From positions 2,564 through 66,563 of the forward strand of contig JASJDZ010000043.1 in assembly GCA_030065575.1 (NCBI GenBank): a stretch of DNA of 64,000 bases, written 5' to 3'. Both the position numbers and the translations under genes were made by a program. Below the pieces are notes generated by a model. That model was not told the origin of the DNA and ran no database searches. It saw nothing but the letters and a program-made list of their open reading frames with translations. The stretch is from Acidimicrobiia bacterium (GTDB lineage: Bacteria > Actinomycetota > Acidimicrobiia > Spongiisociales > UBA5794). This document shows positions 36,429 through 46,179 of the stretch, piece by piece. Every line of letters begins with the position of its first letter. Positions within the stretch are counted from its first letter, which is position 1.

Positions 36429-37472
36429 ATGTCGTCAAGTCCGATCAGCGCCTCCCATGCAGCGCTAGGCGCCCGGTTCACGGATTTTGGCGGCTGGGAG
36501 ATGCCCCTGCAGTACGAGGGCGTCATCGCCGAGCACATGGCGGTGCGTTCCTCGGTAGGCGTCTTTGATGTCAGCCACCTGGGTCGGTTCAGGTTGTCTG
36601 GTCCCGGGGCAACACGTGCGTTGAACGAAGAGCTGTGCAACCGCATCGAGAAAGCGGCCCCCGGCCGGGCCCAGTACACGATGGCACTCAACGACGCTGG
36701 GGGAGTTGTTGACGACATCATCGTGTGGAGATTCGAAGAGGCTGACTACTGGGTGATGCCCAACGGGGTCAACTTCGATCAGCTCCTTGCCAGGTTCACC
36801 AAGAGACCAGATGTCGAAGCCACCGCAATTCGCCAGGACACGGTGCTGCTGGCGGTGCAGGGACCGGACAGCCCGCAAGTCGTCGAGCAGGTCGTAGGAG
36901 TGGCCCCGGGGCGCTTCCGGGTGAAGACCGGCGAGTTCAATGGCAGCCCGATGTGGATCGGAGGCACCGGCTACACGGGAGAACGCGGTGCCGAAATTGC
37001 CGTTCCGGCGTCACAGGGCGAGCAGTTGTTCCGCGGCTTCCTCGATGCAGGTGCCGTTGCCTGCGGACTTGCCGCGCGCGACACCTTGCGGCTGGAAATG
37101 GGCTACCCGCTATGGGGACAGGATCTGGACGAATCAACAACCCCCCTCGAAGCCGATCTCGGGTGGGTAGTGGATTGGAGCCACGAGTTTGTTGGCAAGG
37201 CAGCCCTGGAGCGGCAAGTGGCCACCGGGCTCGAGAAAGGCCTGGTGGCATTTCGGATGGGTGATCGAAGACCGCCGCGCAACGGGTATCGCCTGCGCAG
37301 TGGAGAATCGAATGGCACCGTTACCTCCGGCAACTTCAGCCCGGTTCTCGAAGTTGGCATAGGAATGGGGTATCTCTCTCCGCCCATTGATCGGAGCGCA
37401 GCGCTGGAGGTGGAGGTCCGGGGCAAGTGGCAGATCGTCGAGCAGGTCGACTTGCCCTTCCTGCAGAAGTAG
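36429..37472 (+). CDS. gcvT: Glycine cleavage system T protein (aminomethyltransferase).
   Basis: It has the GcvT N-terminal signature (ALGARFTDFGGWEMPLQYEGVIAEHMAVRSSVGVFDVSHLGR) and is full length at about 347 aa. Confidence 0.9.
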   Translation: MSSSPISASHAALGARFTDFGGWEMPLQYEGVIAEHMAVRSSVGVFDVSHLGRFRLSGPGATRALNEELCNRIEKAAPGRAQYTMALNDAGGVVDDIIVWRFEEADYWVMPNGVNFDQLLARFTKRPDVEATAIRQDTVLLAVQGPDSPQVVEQVVGVAPGRFRVKTGEFNGSPMWIGGTGYTGERGAEIAVPASQGEQLFRGFLDAGAVACGLAARDTLRLEMGYPLWGQDLDESTTPLEADLGWVVDWSHEFVGKAALERQVATGLEKGLVAFRMGDRRPPRNGYRLRSGESNGTVTSGNFSPVLEVGIGMGYLSPPIDRSAALEVEVRGKWQIVEQVDLPFLQK

Positions 37473-37554
37473 TCAACCGGGACCGCAGGCAACTCAATAC
37501 GAGGTACCGTATAGCTATCGGGCAAGGATGTGCCGACAGAGCAGAGAGGTTGAA

Positions 37555-38292
37555 ATGGAGGCGCTAGGAATCGATGTTGGAGGCAGCGGGGTCAAGGCCG
37601 CACCCGTCGATCTCTCCACCGGGAAGCGCGTAGTCAAGCGCAAGCGAGTCCCTACGCCGGAATCCTCCACCCCCGCGGCCGTTTACGAAGTCTTTGACCA
37701 GCTGATTTCGCACTTCGACTGGAAGGGTCCGATCGGGTGTGCGCTTCCAGGTGTCGTCCGCAACGGAGTGATGCTGACTGCGGCGAACGTCGATGACGGA
37801 TGGATCGGGCGTGACGTCAGGACCGACCTGGAAGAGCGGTACGGGCAGGAAGTGACCGTTCTCAACGACGCTGATGCCGCCGGTATCGCCGAGAACCTCT
37901 TCGGAGCCGCCCGGGAACTCAGTGGCACTGTGCTTCTACTGACCCTGGGAACAGGTATAGGCAGTGCGCTCTTCACCAATGGGGTACTGGTACCCAACAC
38001 GGAACTTGGTCACCTGGAGTTCCACGGACGCGATGCCGAGGACTACGCCGCGGCCCGGCTCGTCAGTCAAGAGCGCCTGATCGAGCGAGACTGGGCGGTC
38101 CGGCTCAACGAGTACCTCAACTACGTCGAGAGCGTGCTGACGCCGGATCACTTCATCCTGGGTGGTGGCATCTCAAAGAACTTCGACCGGTACGCCGACC
38201 TACTCAACACCAACGCAACCGTACGCGCGGCACGGTTTCGCAACCGGGCTGGGATCATCGGAGCTGCTCTCGCAACTGGTGAGGCCGTGTGA
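37555..38292 (+). CDS. ppgK: Polyphosphate/ATP glucokinase (ROK family).
   Basis: It has a LGIDVGGSGVKAA motif and a ROK fold that lacks the Cys zinc motif, as in PpgK. The ATG at 37555 overlaps the gcvT 3' end. Confidence 0.8.
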   Translation: MEALGIDVGGSGVKAAPVDLSTGKRVVKRKRVPTPESSTPAAVYEVFDQLISHFDWKGPIGCALPGVVRNGVMLTAANVDDGWIGRDVRTDLEERYGQEVTVLNDADAAGIAENLFGAARELSGTVLLLTLGTGIGSALFTNGVLVPNTELGHLEFHGRDAEDYAAARLVSQERLIERDWAVRLNEYLNYVESVLTPDHFILGGGISKNFDRYADLLNTNATVRAARFRNRAGIIGAALATGEAV

Positions 38293-39098
38293 GCAGCACC
38301 ACGTCACAGCTAATGACAAACGACGGCCTCGGTCTCCTGGTCCGCCATTGGGCCTGCGACTCGCCGCGAGCGCACGTGCTCATAGTCCATGGCATCGGCG
38401 AGCACTCCGGTCGATGGAGTCACGTCGGGAGCTACCTCTCCGATCACGGGTTGCAGGTCACCGGATTTGATCTGCGCGGCCACGGTGCTTCCGGGGGAGA
38501 TCGTGTTGATCTCGATAGCTTCGACGAGTACTTGGACGACCTCGAATTGATGCTCGAGAGCCTCGGCGCCGATCTGCCGACCGTCATCTACGGCCATTCA
38601 ATGGGCGGCCTGATCGCGATGTCATACGGTGTCGGCGATCGCCCGCAACCCGACTACTACGTACTCTCCGCACCTGCGCTGCGCGCCAATGTGCCCGCCG
38701 TGTTGAGGGCAAGTGCGAAGGTTCTTGGCAAGCTGCGGCCCGGAATGAGAATGGGCAACTCGATAACGGGCGACCAACTATCGAAAGACCCCACCGTCGG
38801 CGAGAAGTACTTCTCTGACCCGCTCGTCGAGCAGAAGCCAACGCTGCGGTTCGGCAACGCCTTCCTCAATCAAATGAACGCCATCAGCGATAGGTACGAG
38901 GCCCTGGCGCGTCCCACGCTTGTCATCCACGGAACGGACGATCCATTGGTTCCCCCGGAGGCGTCCGCACCCCTTGGGGGTCTCGACAATGTGAGCCGCA
39001 AGCTGTTCCCCGGCCTCCGTCACGAGATCCATCATGAGGTTGAGTGGGAAGATGTGCTGGCCCACATCGTGGGCTGGCTTGACGCTCAGTTGGCGTAG
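38289..39098 (+). CDS. Alpha/beta hydrolase (lysophospholipase / monoacylglycerol lipase-like).
   Basis: It has a GHSMGG nucleophile elbow and an HGxGEHSGR motif. Its GTG overlaps the ppgK stop as GTGA. Confidence 0.75.
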   Translation: MSSTTSQLMTNDGLGLLVRHWACDSPRAHVLIVHGIGEHSGRWSHVGSYLSDHGLQVTGFDLRGHGASGGDRVDLDSFDEYLDDLELMLESLGADLPTVIYGHSMGGLIAMSYGVGDRPQPDYYVLSAPALRANVPAVLRASAKVLGKLRPGMRMGNSITGDQLSKDPTVGEKYFSDPLVEQKPTLRFGNAFLNQMNAISDRYEALARPTLVIHGTDDPLVPPEASAPLGGLDNVSRKLFPGLRHEIHHEVEWEDVLAHIVGWLDAQLA

Positions 39099-40114
39099 GC
39101 CGCATCGACAACGTCGTTCAGGCGCCGTCGTGTTCTGTCATCGGTGAAGGCGGCAGCAACGGCGTTGCGGGTGACTCGGTGCAGGTCCGCTTCTGTGAAC
39201 TGGTGATGCTTGACGGCCAGCTCGAACTCGTCGGTGAGGGTGACCGCACTCATCAGTCGATTATCTGTGTTCAGAGTCACGTTGAACCCTGCACGGTGCA
39301 GCCGGCCGAGTGGGTGAGCATCAGCGGCGATCCCCAGAGTGTGGAGATTTGATGTCGGGCAGACCTCCAGGGGAATCTGCTCCCGGTGCAACCGGGTCGC
39401 AATCGGACCGAGCGTCTCGCCATCGATATCGCCCGTGATCCGAATCCCGTGACCGATCCGGTTCGCCCCACATTCATCGAGCGCAGCCGCAATGCTGCTG
39501 GGCCCGTCCGCCTCACCGGCGTGAATCGTCAAGTTGAGCCCATGGTCTCGGGCGTGAGCACAGGCGCGACGATGTTCTCCGGCCGGATAGCCGGCTTCAG
39601 GTCCGGCCAGATCAAACCCAACCACACCCGCATCTGCAAATGCGACAGCGGCCTTCGCATCCAACTCGGAGTCCGGCATGTTCCGCATTGCGTCGACAAT
39701 CAGGTTGATGATCACGCCGGTCTCGCTCCGCGCCCTAGCAAATCCGAGCAGGGCAGCCTCGATCGCGTCCTCGCGGCGAAGCCCGCGGTGAGTGTTGAGC
39801 ACAGGCGCAAACCGAATCTCGGCATAGACGACCCCGTCGGCATACAGATCCAGCCCTGCTTCGTAGGCAACGCGCTCGATGGCCCGCCGGGTTTGCATCA
39901 CCGCAATCGTGTGTTCGAACCCTTCGAGATAACGCTCGAGGGAACCCGAGCCGCCTCGATAGAACCACCCGCGCAGTTCGTTCGGATCGCCCGTCGGCAA
40001 TCCCACGTATCCGATGTCGTTGGCGAGCTCGATGACCGTATCGACGCGCAAGCCGCCATCTAGATGATTATGCAGCTCAACCTTCGGCAGCTCGATCAGG
40101 CGCGTTCTATCCAT
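39086..40114 (-). CDS. add: Adenosine deaminase.
   Basis: It has the ELHNHLDG metal motif, HAGE, and a TLNTDN C-terminal motif, and is about 342 aa. Confidence 0.9.
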   Translation of the reverse strand: MDRTRLIELPKVELHNHLDGGLRVDTVIELANDIGYVGLPTGDPNELRGWFYRGGSGSLERYLEGFEHTIAVMQTRRAIERVAYEAGLDLYADGVVYAEIRFAPVLNTHRGLRREDAIEAALLGFARARSETGVIINLIVDAMRNMPDSELDAKAAVAFADAGVVGFDLAGPEAGYPAGEHRRACAHARDHGLNLTIHAGEADGPSSIAAALDECGANRIGHGIRITGDIDGETLGPIATRLHREQIPLEVCPTSNLHTLGIAADAHPLGRLHRAGFNVTLNTDNRLMSAVTLTDEFELAVKHHQFTEADLHRVTRNAVAAAFTDDRTRRRLNDVVDAAYAN

Positions 40115-40139
40115 TCACTCGACGATAGCGCCCCAATAG

Positions 40140-40766
40140 TCAGCGCAGCCGCGGGTTCAGCGTGTACGTACCTCCCCAAGAGGCCGAGTCGAGGACGTGT
40201 CCCTCCATCGCTTGCCTCAAGTCGGTTCCGCCGAAACCGGCCGGGAGATCGAGATCGGCCGTGTCGAGGGCGAAGACGGTAAACACGTAGCGGTGGATGA
40301 GACTGTCGTTCCACGGTGGACACGGGCCGTCGTAGCCGTAGTAGTCGCCCTCCATATCGGGATCGCCCGCAAACCAGCCGGTGTAGTCGTTGCGCCCCTG
40401 CCGACACCCGTGGGGGCCTGTCGCCGCCTGCTGACCGTGGGGGACAACACCATCGGCAAACTCGCCCTCTTCGATCTGGGTCAGATCGCCGGGGAGTCCG
40501 GCAACCACCCAGTGGAAGAAGTCCGCCCGGGGCAGGTCGGAAGGTACCTCACGCCCTTCCTGATTGACATCGTCGGGTTTGGTCGGGGCGTCGGGGTCAT
40601 GGCAGATGAGTGCCACCGACACTGTGCCCTCTGGGCTTCCGTGCCACGCAAGGTGCGGATTACGGTTTGGGGCCAGTGTCACGTGCGAGTCGGGATCGGG
40701 AACACAGAACGCGAAGTCCCCGGGGATTGCTGCTCCGTCGGCGAAGCTCGAGCTGGTCAGGTCCAT
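40140..40766 (-). CDS. YbhB/YbcL-family PEBP (Raf-kinase-inhibitor-like) protein.
   Basis: It has the PEBP core (HWVVAGLP...YDGPCPP...HRYVFTVFAL). The ATG at 40766 follows an AGGAGGTGG RBS. Confidence 0.75.
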   Translation of the reverse strand: MDLTSSSFADGAAIPGDFAFCVPDPDSHVTLAPNRNPHLAWHGSPEGTVSVALICHDPDAPTKPDDVNQEGREVPSDLPRADFFHWVVAGLPGDLTQIEEGEFADGVVPHGQQAATGPHGCRQGRNDYTGWFAGDPDMEGDYYGYDGPCPPWNDSLIHRYVFTVFALDTADLDLPAGFGGTDLRQAMEGHVLDSASWGGTYTLNPRLR

Positions 40767-40833
40767 CGTTGCCACCTCCTGAGACGAGCCTAATCCGCAA
40801 AGCCGCCGCGGGTAATGCAGTAGGGTCGGATCT

Positions 40834-41379
40834 ATGGCGGCATCATTCACCGGGAAGCTGCTTGTGGCCAACCCGCAGCTCGTAGACCCCAACTTCTACC
40901 GCACGGTCGTGCTCCTGTTCGAGCACGGAGAGGATGGTGCCTTTGGCACCGTACTCAACCGGCCGACGGACGAGGGGGCAGCCGAGCATCTACCCGCCTG
41001 GGCCCACCTTCTGGCCGAGCCGGCCACGGTGTTCATAGGCGGGCCGGTTCGGAACGAAATCGCAGTAGGCGTGGCCGAGTGGCCGACAGCGGAGGCGGCC
41101 GGAGAGTCGAACCTCTTCTCCGGCATTGGGTTCGTCGATCTGACCGATCCGCCCGATTCCGAGCAGGCACCGGAGCGGATCAGGGTCTTCAGCGGATACG
41201 CAGGATGGGATGCCGGGCAACTCGAGGTTGAGCTGGCAGTCGATTCCTGGTTCATTGTTGACCCAATCGTCGGCGATGTGTTTGGTGATCCCGAGGGACT
41301 CTGGTCCCGGGTACTGGAACGCCAGGGCGGCCACCTCTCCCTCTATGCACGGTACCCCGAAGATCCCTCTCTGAACTGA
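40834..41379 (+). CDS. YqgE/AlgH-family protein (UPF0301).
   Basis: It has the DUF179 signature (LLVANPQLVDPNFYRTVVLLFEH...GTVLNRP). Confidence 0.75.
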   Translation: MAASFTGKLLVANPQLVDPNFYRTVVLLFEHGEDGAFGTVLNRPTDEGAAEHLPAWAHLLAEPATVFIGGPVRNEIAVGVAEWPTAEAAGESNLFSGIGFVDLTDPPDSEQAPERIRVFSGYAGWDAGQLEVELAVDSWFIVDPIVGDVFGDPEGLWSRVLERQGGHLSLYARYPEDPSLN

Positions 41380-41380
41380 G

Positions 41381-42082
41381 ATGGCCGCCACAGTCCCTCA
41401 GCTGCGAACTGCCCTGCGCGGCAAGTCACCCTCGCTTTCGTATGAGCGAGCTCTGTGGAGTGCCGGGAAAAGCGTGGTAGTGGGCATGGATGAAGTCGGC
41501 CGCGGTGCCTGGGCAGGCCCGGTGAGCGTCGGGGCCGCAGTGGTGCCTCAGGGCCGCCGCGTCTATAAGATCCGCGACTCAAAGATGCTGACGGAGACGG
41601 AGAGAGAAGGCCTGTTCGATCGACTGGCCGATTGGTGTGTGGCGTGGGCCGTTGGGCACGCAACACATACGGAATGCGACGAGCTGGGCATGTCACCTGC
41701 GTTGACGCTCGCAGCCGGGCGGGCGCTCGAGCGTCTCGGAATCGCCTACGACCACGTTTTGCTCGACGGGAACTGGGACTTTGCGCTCGGTGGCAGCGCC
41801 GACCTGCTGGTCAAAGGGGACGCACGGTCGCTATCGATAGCCACTGCATCGATTCTGGCCAAGGTGACTCGGGATCGGCTCATGGCGGAGGCCGCCGCTG
41901 ACTTCCCCTATTACGGATTCGATCAGAACAAGGGATATCCCGGCCCTGATCACCGGGCCGCTCTCCATGCGTACGGGCCATCTACGATCCACCGCCGCTC
42001 CTGGGTCTTCATGGATGGCCTGGCCTGGTCGGGAGTCAAGCGTCTGGAGCGCCCGGATCCTCAGCAGCAACTATTCGACTGA
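41381..42082 (+). CDS. rnhB: Ribonuclease HII.
   Basis: It has GMDEVGRGAWAGPV (the catalytic DE) and a DSK motif. Confidence 0.9.
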   Translation: MAATVPQLRTALRGKSPSLSYERALWSAGKSVVVGMDEVGRGAWAGPVSVGAAVVPQGRRVYKIRDSKMLTETEREGLFDRLADWCVAWAVGHATHTECDELGMSPALTLAAGRALERLGIAYDHVLLDGNWDFALGGSADLLVKGDARSLSIATASILAKVTRDRLMAEAAADFPYYGFDQNKGYPGPDHRAALHAYGPSTIHRRSWVFMDGLAWSGVKRLERPDPQQQLFD

Positions 42083-43055
42083 AGTCGTGGGCGAACACAG
42101 CGAACCCGCCACCGGTGTGCCAGAAGACGATGTTCTCGCCCGGGCCGTACCGTCCCTCGCCGATTTCGCGGTGCAGGCCGGCCAGCGCCTTGCCGGTGTA
42201 TGTGGGATCGAAGATGAGCCCGGTCAACCGGGTTGCCTCCGCCTGAACCTCTAGCTCTTCGTCGGTGACCACCCCGTAGCCGCCGCCAACATGAGCATCG
42301 TTGTACTCAATGTGCGGACGCGGAGGATCGATTCCGAGCTGAGCGGCGGCCTCGGCCAGGATCGCCTCGACCTTGGCTCGAATCGTGGCACCGGGATCAC
42401 CTATGGAGCAAGCGACGATCCTCAGTTTCAACCCAAGTCGATCGACACCCCAGCCGATACCAGCGGTCGTGCCACCCGAGGAGGCGGCATGCCACAACAC
42501 CGGGCTGGACCCGTCGATCGCAGCCGCCTGGTCGGCGATCTCACGAAGGGCGAGGACAAACCCCCACATTCCGAGCCCGTCCGACGCTCCTTCTGGGATC
42601 ACCCAACACAGGCGTCCTTGATCGTTTTGGCTCGCGGCCTCGGTGACGAGAAGCTCATCACGCCGGTCCCAATCGGCCGGCGTGATGTAACGGATCTCGG
42701 CGCCGGCGAGCTGATCGAGGAGCAGGTTGCCGGAAAGATCCGCCTCTTCGCCCTCGCGGCGCCGCAGCAGAAGTACACAGTGCAGACCGAGACGGGCACA
42801 GGCCAGCGCGGTGGCCCGGGAGTGATTCGACTGCAGAGACCCACAGGTGACAACAGTGTCTGCACCTTTGTCGATAGCGGCGGCGAGGTGGAACTCCAGC
42901 TTGCGCACTTTGTTTCCGGAAAGACCGAAGCCGGTCAGGTCGTCACGCTTGAACCAGATCCGAGGACCGCCCCAGGCGACCGAAAGCCGCTCGGCGTACT
43001 CCAGGGGTGTCGGCGTGATCGCCAGCGGGATCCGTCTCGGCAGTTCCAACGACAT
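42036..43055 (-). CDS. PLP-dependent 1-aminocyclopropane-1-carboxylate deaminase / D-cysteine desulfhydrase family protein.
   Basis: It has the PLP-lysine region (SGNKVRKLEF), a tryptophan-synthase-beta-like fold and a GGGYG motif. Confidence 0.8.
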   Translation of the reverse strand: MSLELPRRIPLAITPTPLEYAERLSVAWGGPRIWFKRDDLTGFGLSGNKVRKLEFHLAAAIDKGADTVVTCGSLQSNHSRATALACARLGLHCVLLLRRREGEEADLSGNLLLDQLAGAEIRYITPADWDRRDELLVTEAASQNDQGRLCWVIPEGASDGLGMWGFVLALREIADQAAAIDGSSPVLWHAASSGGTTAGIGWGVDRLGLKLRIVACSIGDPGATIRAKVEAILAEAAAQLGIDPPRPHIEYNDAHVGGGYGVVTDEELEVQAEATRLTGLIFDPTYTGKALAGLHREIGEGRYGPGENIVFWHTGGGFAVFAHDFSRIVAAEDPGAPDA

Positions 43056-43134
43056 GGTCCGACACTACTCGTCCGCCGGGACGCGTCGCCGTGCGTGGAC
43101 GCCTCGGTTCGTCTACCGGCGCTACCGTTGCGGC

Positions 43135-43740
43135 ATGGCTCAGGAGCAACAGCAGTTCGTACTTGCCAGCGGCTCGCCGCGACGCAGGCTGCTGCTCACT
43201 GCGGCCGGTTACCGCTTCGACGTGATATCACCGGACATCGACGAGAGCCGCACGAAGGGGGAGAGGGCCGAGGAGTACGTGGTCCGGATGGCCCAGGAGA
43301 AGGCGGATGCGGTTGCGGAGCGCGTACCCACCGGCACCATCCTCCTCGGCTTCGACACCGCGGTGGTTCTCGCCGACCGCATCCTCGGAAAGCCGGCGGA
43401 CGAGGCGGAGGCCACGGCAATGCTGCTCTCACTGGCAGGAAGAACGCACACGGTCTATACCGGATACTCCCTGGTACGGGCCGGCGAAGGATTCGCCGCG
43501 AGCGGAGTCGACGCCTCCCGGGTGACGATGCGGCCGGTCAACCCGGCCGAAGCAGCCGAGTACGCCGCAACCGGAGAACCCCTGGACAAGGCAGGAGCGT
43601 ATGCCCTGCAAGGCAGGGGTCGGGAGTTCGTCTCCAAGGTCGAAGGAGCGAAGTCGACCGTGATCGGTCTCCCGCTCGAACACGTTGTCGATGCGTTGAC
43701 CCGTTCCGGTGTCCTTCCTGTCCACGATGGCGCCATTTGA
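43135..43740 (+). CDS. maf: Maf-like nucleoside triphosphate pyrophosphatase.
   Basis: It has an N-terminal LASGSPRRRLL motif and a Maf fold. The ATG is at 43135, and the long upstream in-frame extension is Arg-rich and non-coding-like. Confidence 0.85.
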   Translation: MAQEQQQFVLASGSPRRRLLLTAAGYRFDVISPDIDESRTKGERAEEYVVRMAQEKADAVAERVPTGTILLGFDTAVVLADRILGKPADEAEATAMLLSLAGRTHTVYTGYSLVRAGEGFAASGVDASRVTMRPVNPAEAAEYAATGEPLDKAGAYALQGRGREFVSKVEGAKSTVIGLPLEHVVDALTRSGVLPVHDGAI

Positions 43741-43820
43741 TGATTGCGCAATGATCCCGGAAATCGAGCCCCTCCCTAGGTAGAGTTCAAGCAGCATGCC
43801 GCCAGGGAGGAGACTGGTCT

Positions 43821-45491
43821 TTGCCGTTTGTCGCCGTCGTCGAGTCAGGGGTACCGCCCGGGTCGATAGACACGTTCACTGTCGTTAGTGGGCTCTTCGG
43901 GGGACTTGCCCTCTTCCTGATGGGAATGGACCGCCTCACGAAGTCGCTACGGCTCCTCGCCGGTGATCGGATGCGCGGAATTCTCACCCGCCTGACGACC
44001 AATCGCTTTGCGGCTGCCGGAACCGGGGCCGGGCTTACTGCGGTCATTCAGTCCTCGTCCGTCACAACCGTTCTCGTTGTCGGTTTCATAACGGCCGGGC
44101 TGATGACTGTGCAGCAATCCGTCGGCGTCATCCTCGGGGCGAACATCGGTACGACCGTCACCGCCCAGATCATCGCTTTCAAGGTGACGCGATACGCACT
44201 CGCTCTCATTGCAGTTGGCTTCGTGGTGCGCTTCGTGTCGAAGAACGATTCCCGTCGCGCCCAGGGCGGCCTGGTACTGGGACTCGGAATGGTCTTCTTC
44301 GGAATGTCGGTCATGGGCGACGCAATGAGCCCCCTCGGCGATTTGGCCGGCTTCCAGGACTGGATGGCGGGGATGTCCAACCCCATAGCCGGCGTAGCGG
44401 CCGGAGCGATATTCACCGCCGTCGTCCAATCATCATCCGCAACTACAGGTGTGGTGCTTGCCCTTGCCTTCGAGGGCCTGATCAGCCTGGAAGCAGGGAT
44501 CGCGCTCGTGCTCGGTGCAAATATCGGGACCAGTGTCACTGCGCAACTCGCTGCACTTGGCAAACCCCGCGCGGCGCAGCGGGCGGCCTGGGTACACACC
44601 CTATTCAACGGAATCGGCGTCCTGATCTGGTTGCCCTTCATCCCGTTGCTGGCAACGTTCGTTGAGGGAATAGGTGGCGACCTCGCCCGTCAGATTGCCA
44701 ATGCTCACACGGTGTTCAATGTGGTCAACGCCCTGCTGTTCATCGGGTTCACCAACCAGCTGGCAGCACTAGTGGAAAGAATCGTTCCAGACTTGGAGGT
44801 GGAGCCGCTGGTTCAGCCGCGCTATCTCGATGAGGGCCTGCTTGTTACCCCGGACCTGGCTCTGGCCCGATCGCGCCTCGAACTGCTCCGGTTGGCGGAA
44901 CGCGTGCGCCGCATGCTTGCGGATTCGCTTCCTGCCGTTCTCTCCGGAACCCCCGGTGAGCTTGCAGAGGTGGAGGCAATGGATGACGAAGTCGATGCAC
45001 TGTACGGTTCGATCGTCCAGTACCTAGGTCGCCTCAGCACGGCAGAGCTCGGATCCCGAGCCTCGTCCGAGCTATTTCAGCTGATGGAGGCGACCAACAA
45101 CCTCGAGGCTATCGGCGACATAATCGAGACCAACCTGGTCCAGATCGGCCTCACCCGGATCGAAAATGACATCGTCGTAAGCGCCGATACAACCGAGTTC
45201 ATGAACCACTTGCACGGAGAGGTCCTGCGCGCATTTGATCTAGCCATCCTCGCCGTAACCCAGAAGAACGAGGCGGCGGCTCGCGAGGTTCTATCCATGA
45301 AACGATCAATCAACACCTTGGCACGAAAGGCCGAGGCCCATGAGGCCGAACGCCTTGTGGCCGACGAGCCAAACCGCATTGCCTCTTACGGCTTCGAGAC
45401 CGACCTGATTGCCCATTTGAAGCGAGTCTTCTACTTCACTCGTCGCACCGCGCGGGTCGCAGTTCCGGTTGAGGAGCGCTCCCGGGGTTGA
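43821..45491 (+). CDS. Na+/phosphate cotransporter family protein (NptA-like) with C-terminal PhoU-like domains.
   Basis: It has duplicated QSSS motifs (AVIQSSSVTTV, VVQSSSATTG) in the membrane domain and a C-terminal PhoU-like helical region. Confidence 0.8.
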   Translation: MPFVAVVESGVPPGSIDTFTVVSGLFGGLALFLMGMDRLTKSLRLLAGDRMRGILTRLTTNRFAAAGTGAGLTAVIQSSSVTTVLVVGFITAGLMTVQQSVGVILGANIGTTVTAQIIAFKVTRYALALIAVGFVVRFVSKNDSRRAQGGLVLGLGMVFFGMSVMGDAMSPLGDLAGFQDWMAGMSNPIAGVAAGAIFTAVVQSSSATTGVVLALAFEGLISLEAGIALVLGANIGTSVTAQLAALGKPRAAQRAAWVHTLFNGIGVLIWLPFIPLLATFVEGIGGDLARQIANAHTVFNVVNALLFIGFTNQLAALVERIVPDLEVEPLVQPRYLDEGLLVTPDLALARSRLELLRLAERVRRMLADSLPAVLSGTPGELAEVEAMDDEVDALYGSIVQYLGRLSTAELGSRASSELFQLMEATNNLEAIGDIIETNLVQIGLTRIENDIVVSADTTEFMNHLHGEVLRAFDLAILAVTQKNEAAAREVLSMKRSINTLARKAEAHEAERLVADEPNRIASYGFETDLIAHLKRVFYFTRRTARVAVPVEERSRG

Positions 45492-45501
45492 GGGCAGTGC
45501 C

Positions 45502-46134
45502 CTAGACGGCCACCTCAGCCGCCCAACCCAGGTGCCCGGCCAGAGCAAGGGTGGCCTCCACCACCGCAGGGTCGAACTGGGTGCCAGAGCAGCGCACCAG
45601 CTCGTTGAGCGCGTAGGCCACCGGCAGCGCTGGTTGATAGGGGCGATTGCTGGTGATGGCGTCAAATGCATCGGCAACCTGGAGAATGCGGGCCTCGATG
45701 GGGACCTTGCTGCTCGGCAACGCATTCGGATAGCCGGTTCCATCGAACCGTTCGTGATGGGTGAGGACGATGCGTGCGACCAGGTCGGGCACTGAGTCGC
45801 GGACGAGTTGGTAACCCATCATCGGATGGTGTCGCAGCTCCTCCCATTCGGCCTTGTCGAGCGGGCCCGGCTTATCGAGGATCTCGCGCGAGATGAAGAT
45901 CTTCCCCGCATCGTGGAACAGGCCGGCTTGCAGCAGGAGAGCGAGTTGCTCGGTGGAGAGCCCCATGATGCCGGCAATGTCTGCCGACAGGCGACCCGTC
46001 CGCTCACCGTGCGCGACGAGCTCAGGATCGGTGGCCCGCAACAGCCTCTCGATATGATGCACCCGGTTCCTTCCCCAGCGGTCAAACCAGTCTCGGCCGG
46101 ACGGCGCAAAGCCTGAATGGGCCGGGCGGATCAA
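45502..46134 (-). CDS. HD-GYP / HD-domain phosphohydrolase.
   Basis: It has an HD motif (LFHDAGK) and an HHERFDGTGYP (GYP-like) motif. Confidence 0.8.
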   Translation of the reverse strand: MIRPAHSGFAPSGRDWFDRWGRNRVHHIERLLRATDPELVAHGERTGRLSADIAGIMGLSTEQLALLLQAGLFHDAGKIFISREILDKPGPLDKAEWEELRHHPMMGYQLVRDSVPDLVARIVLTHHERFDGTGYPNALPSSKVPIEARILQVADAFDAITSNRPYQPALPVAYALNELVRCSGTQFDPAVVEATLALAGHLGWAAEVAV

Positions 46135-46179
46135 TTACAGCCCTGTAAGTCTGCAGGGCGGTTGCCGTAGCGCTCTCGA

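Noticed and set aside
42291-43754. A 487-aa plus-strand ORF spanning the ACC-deaminase-like gene and maf.
   Set aside because: It is extremely Arg/Gly-rich. It overlaps a well-supported minus-strand PLP enzyme and, out of frame, the maf gene. I judge it spurious.
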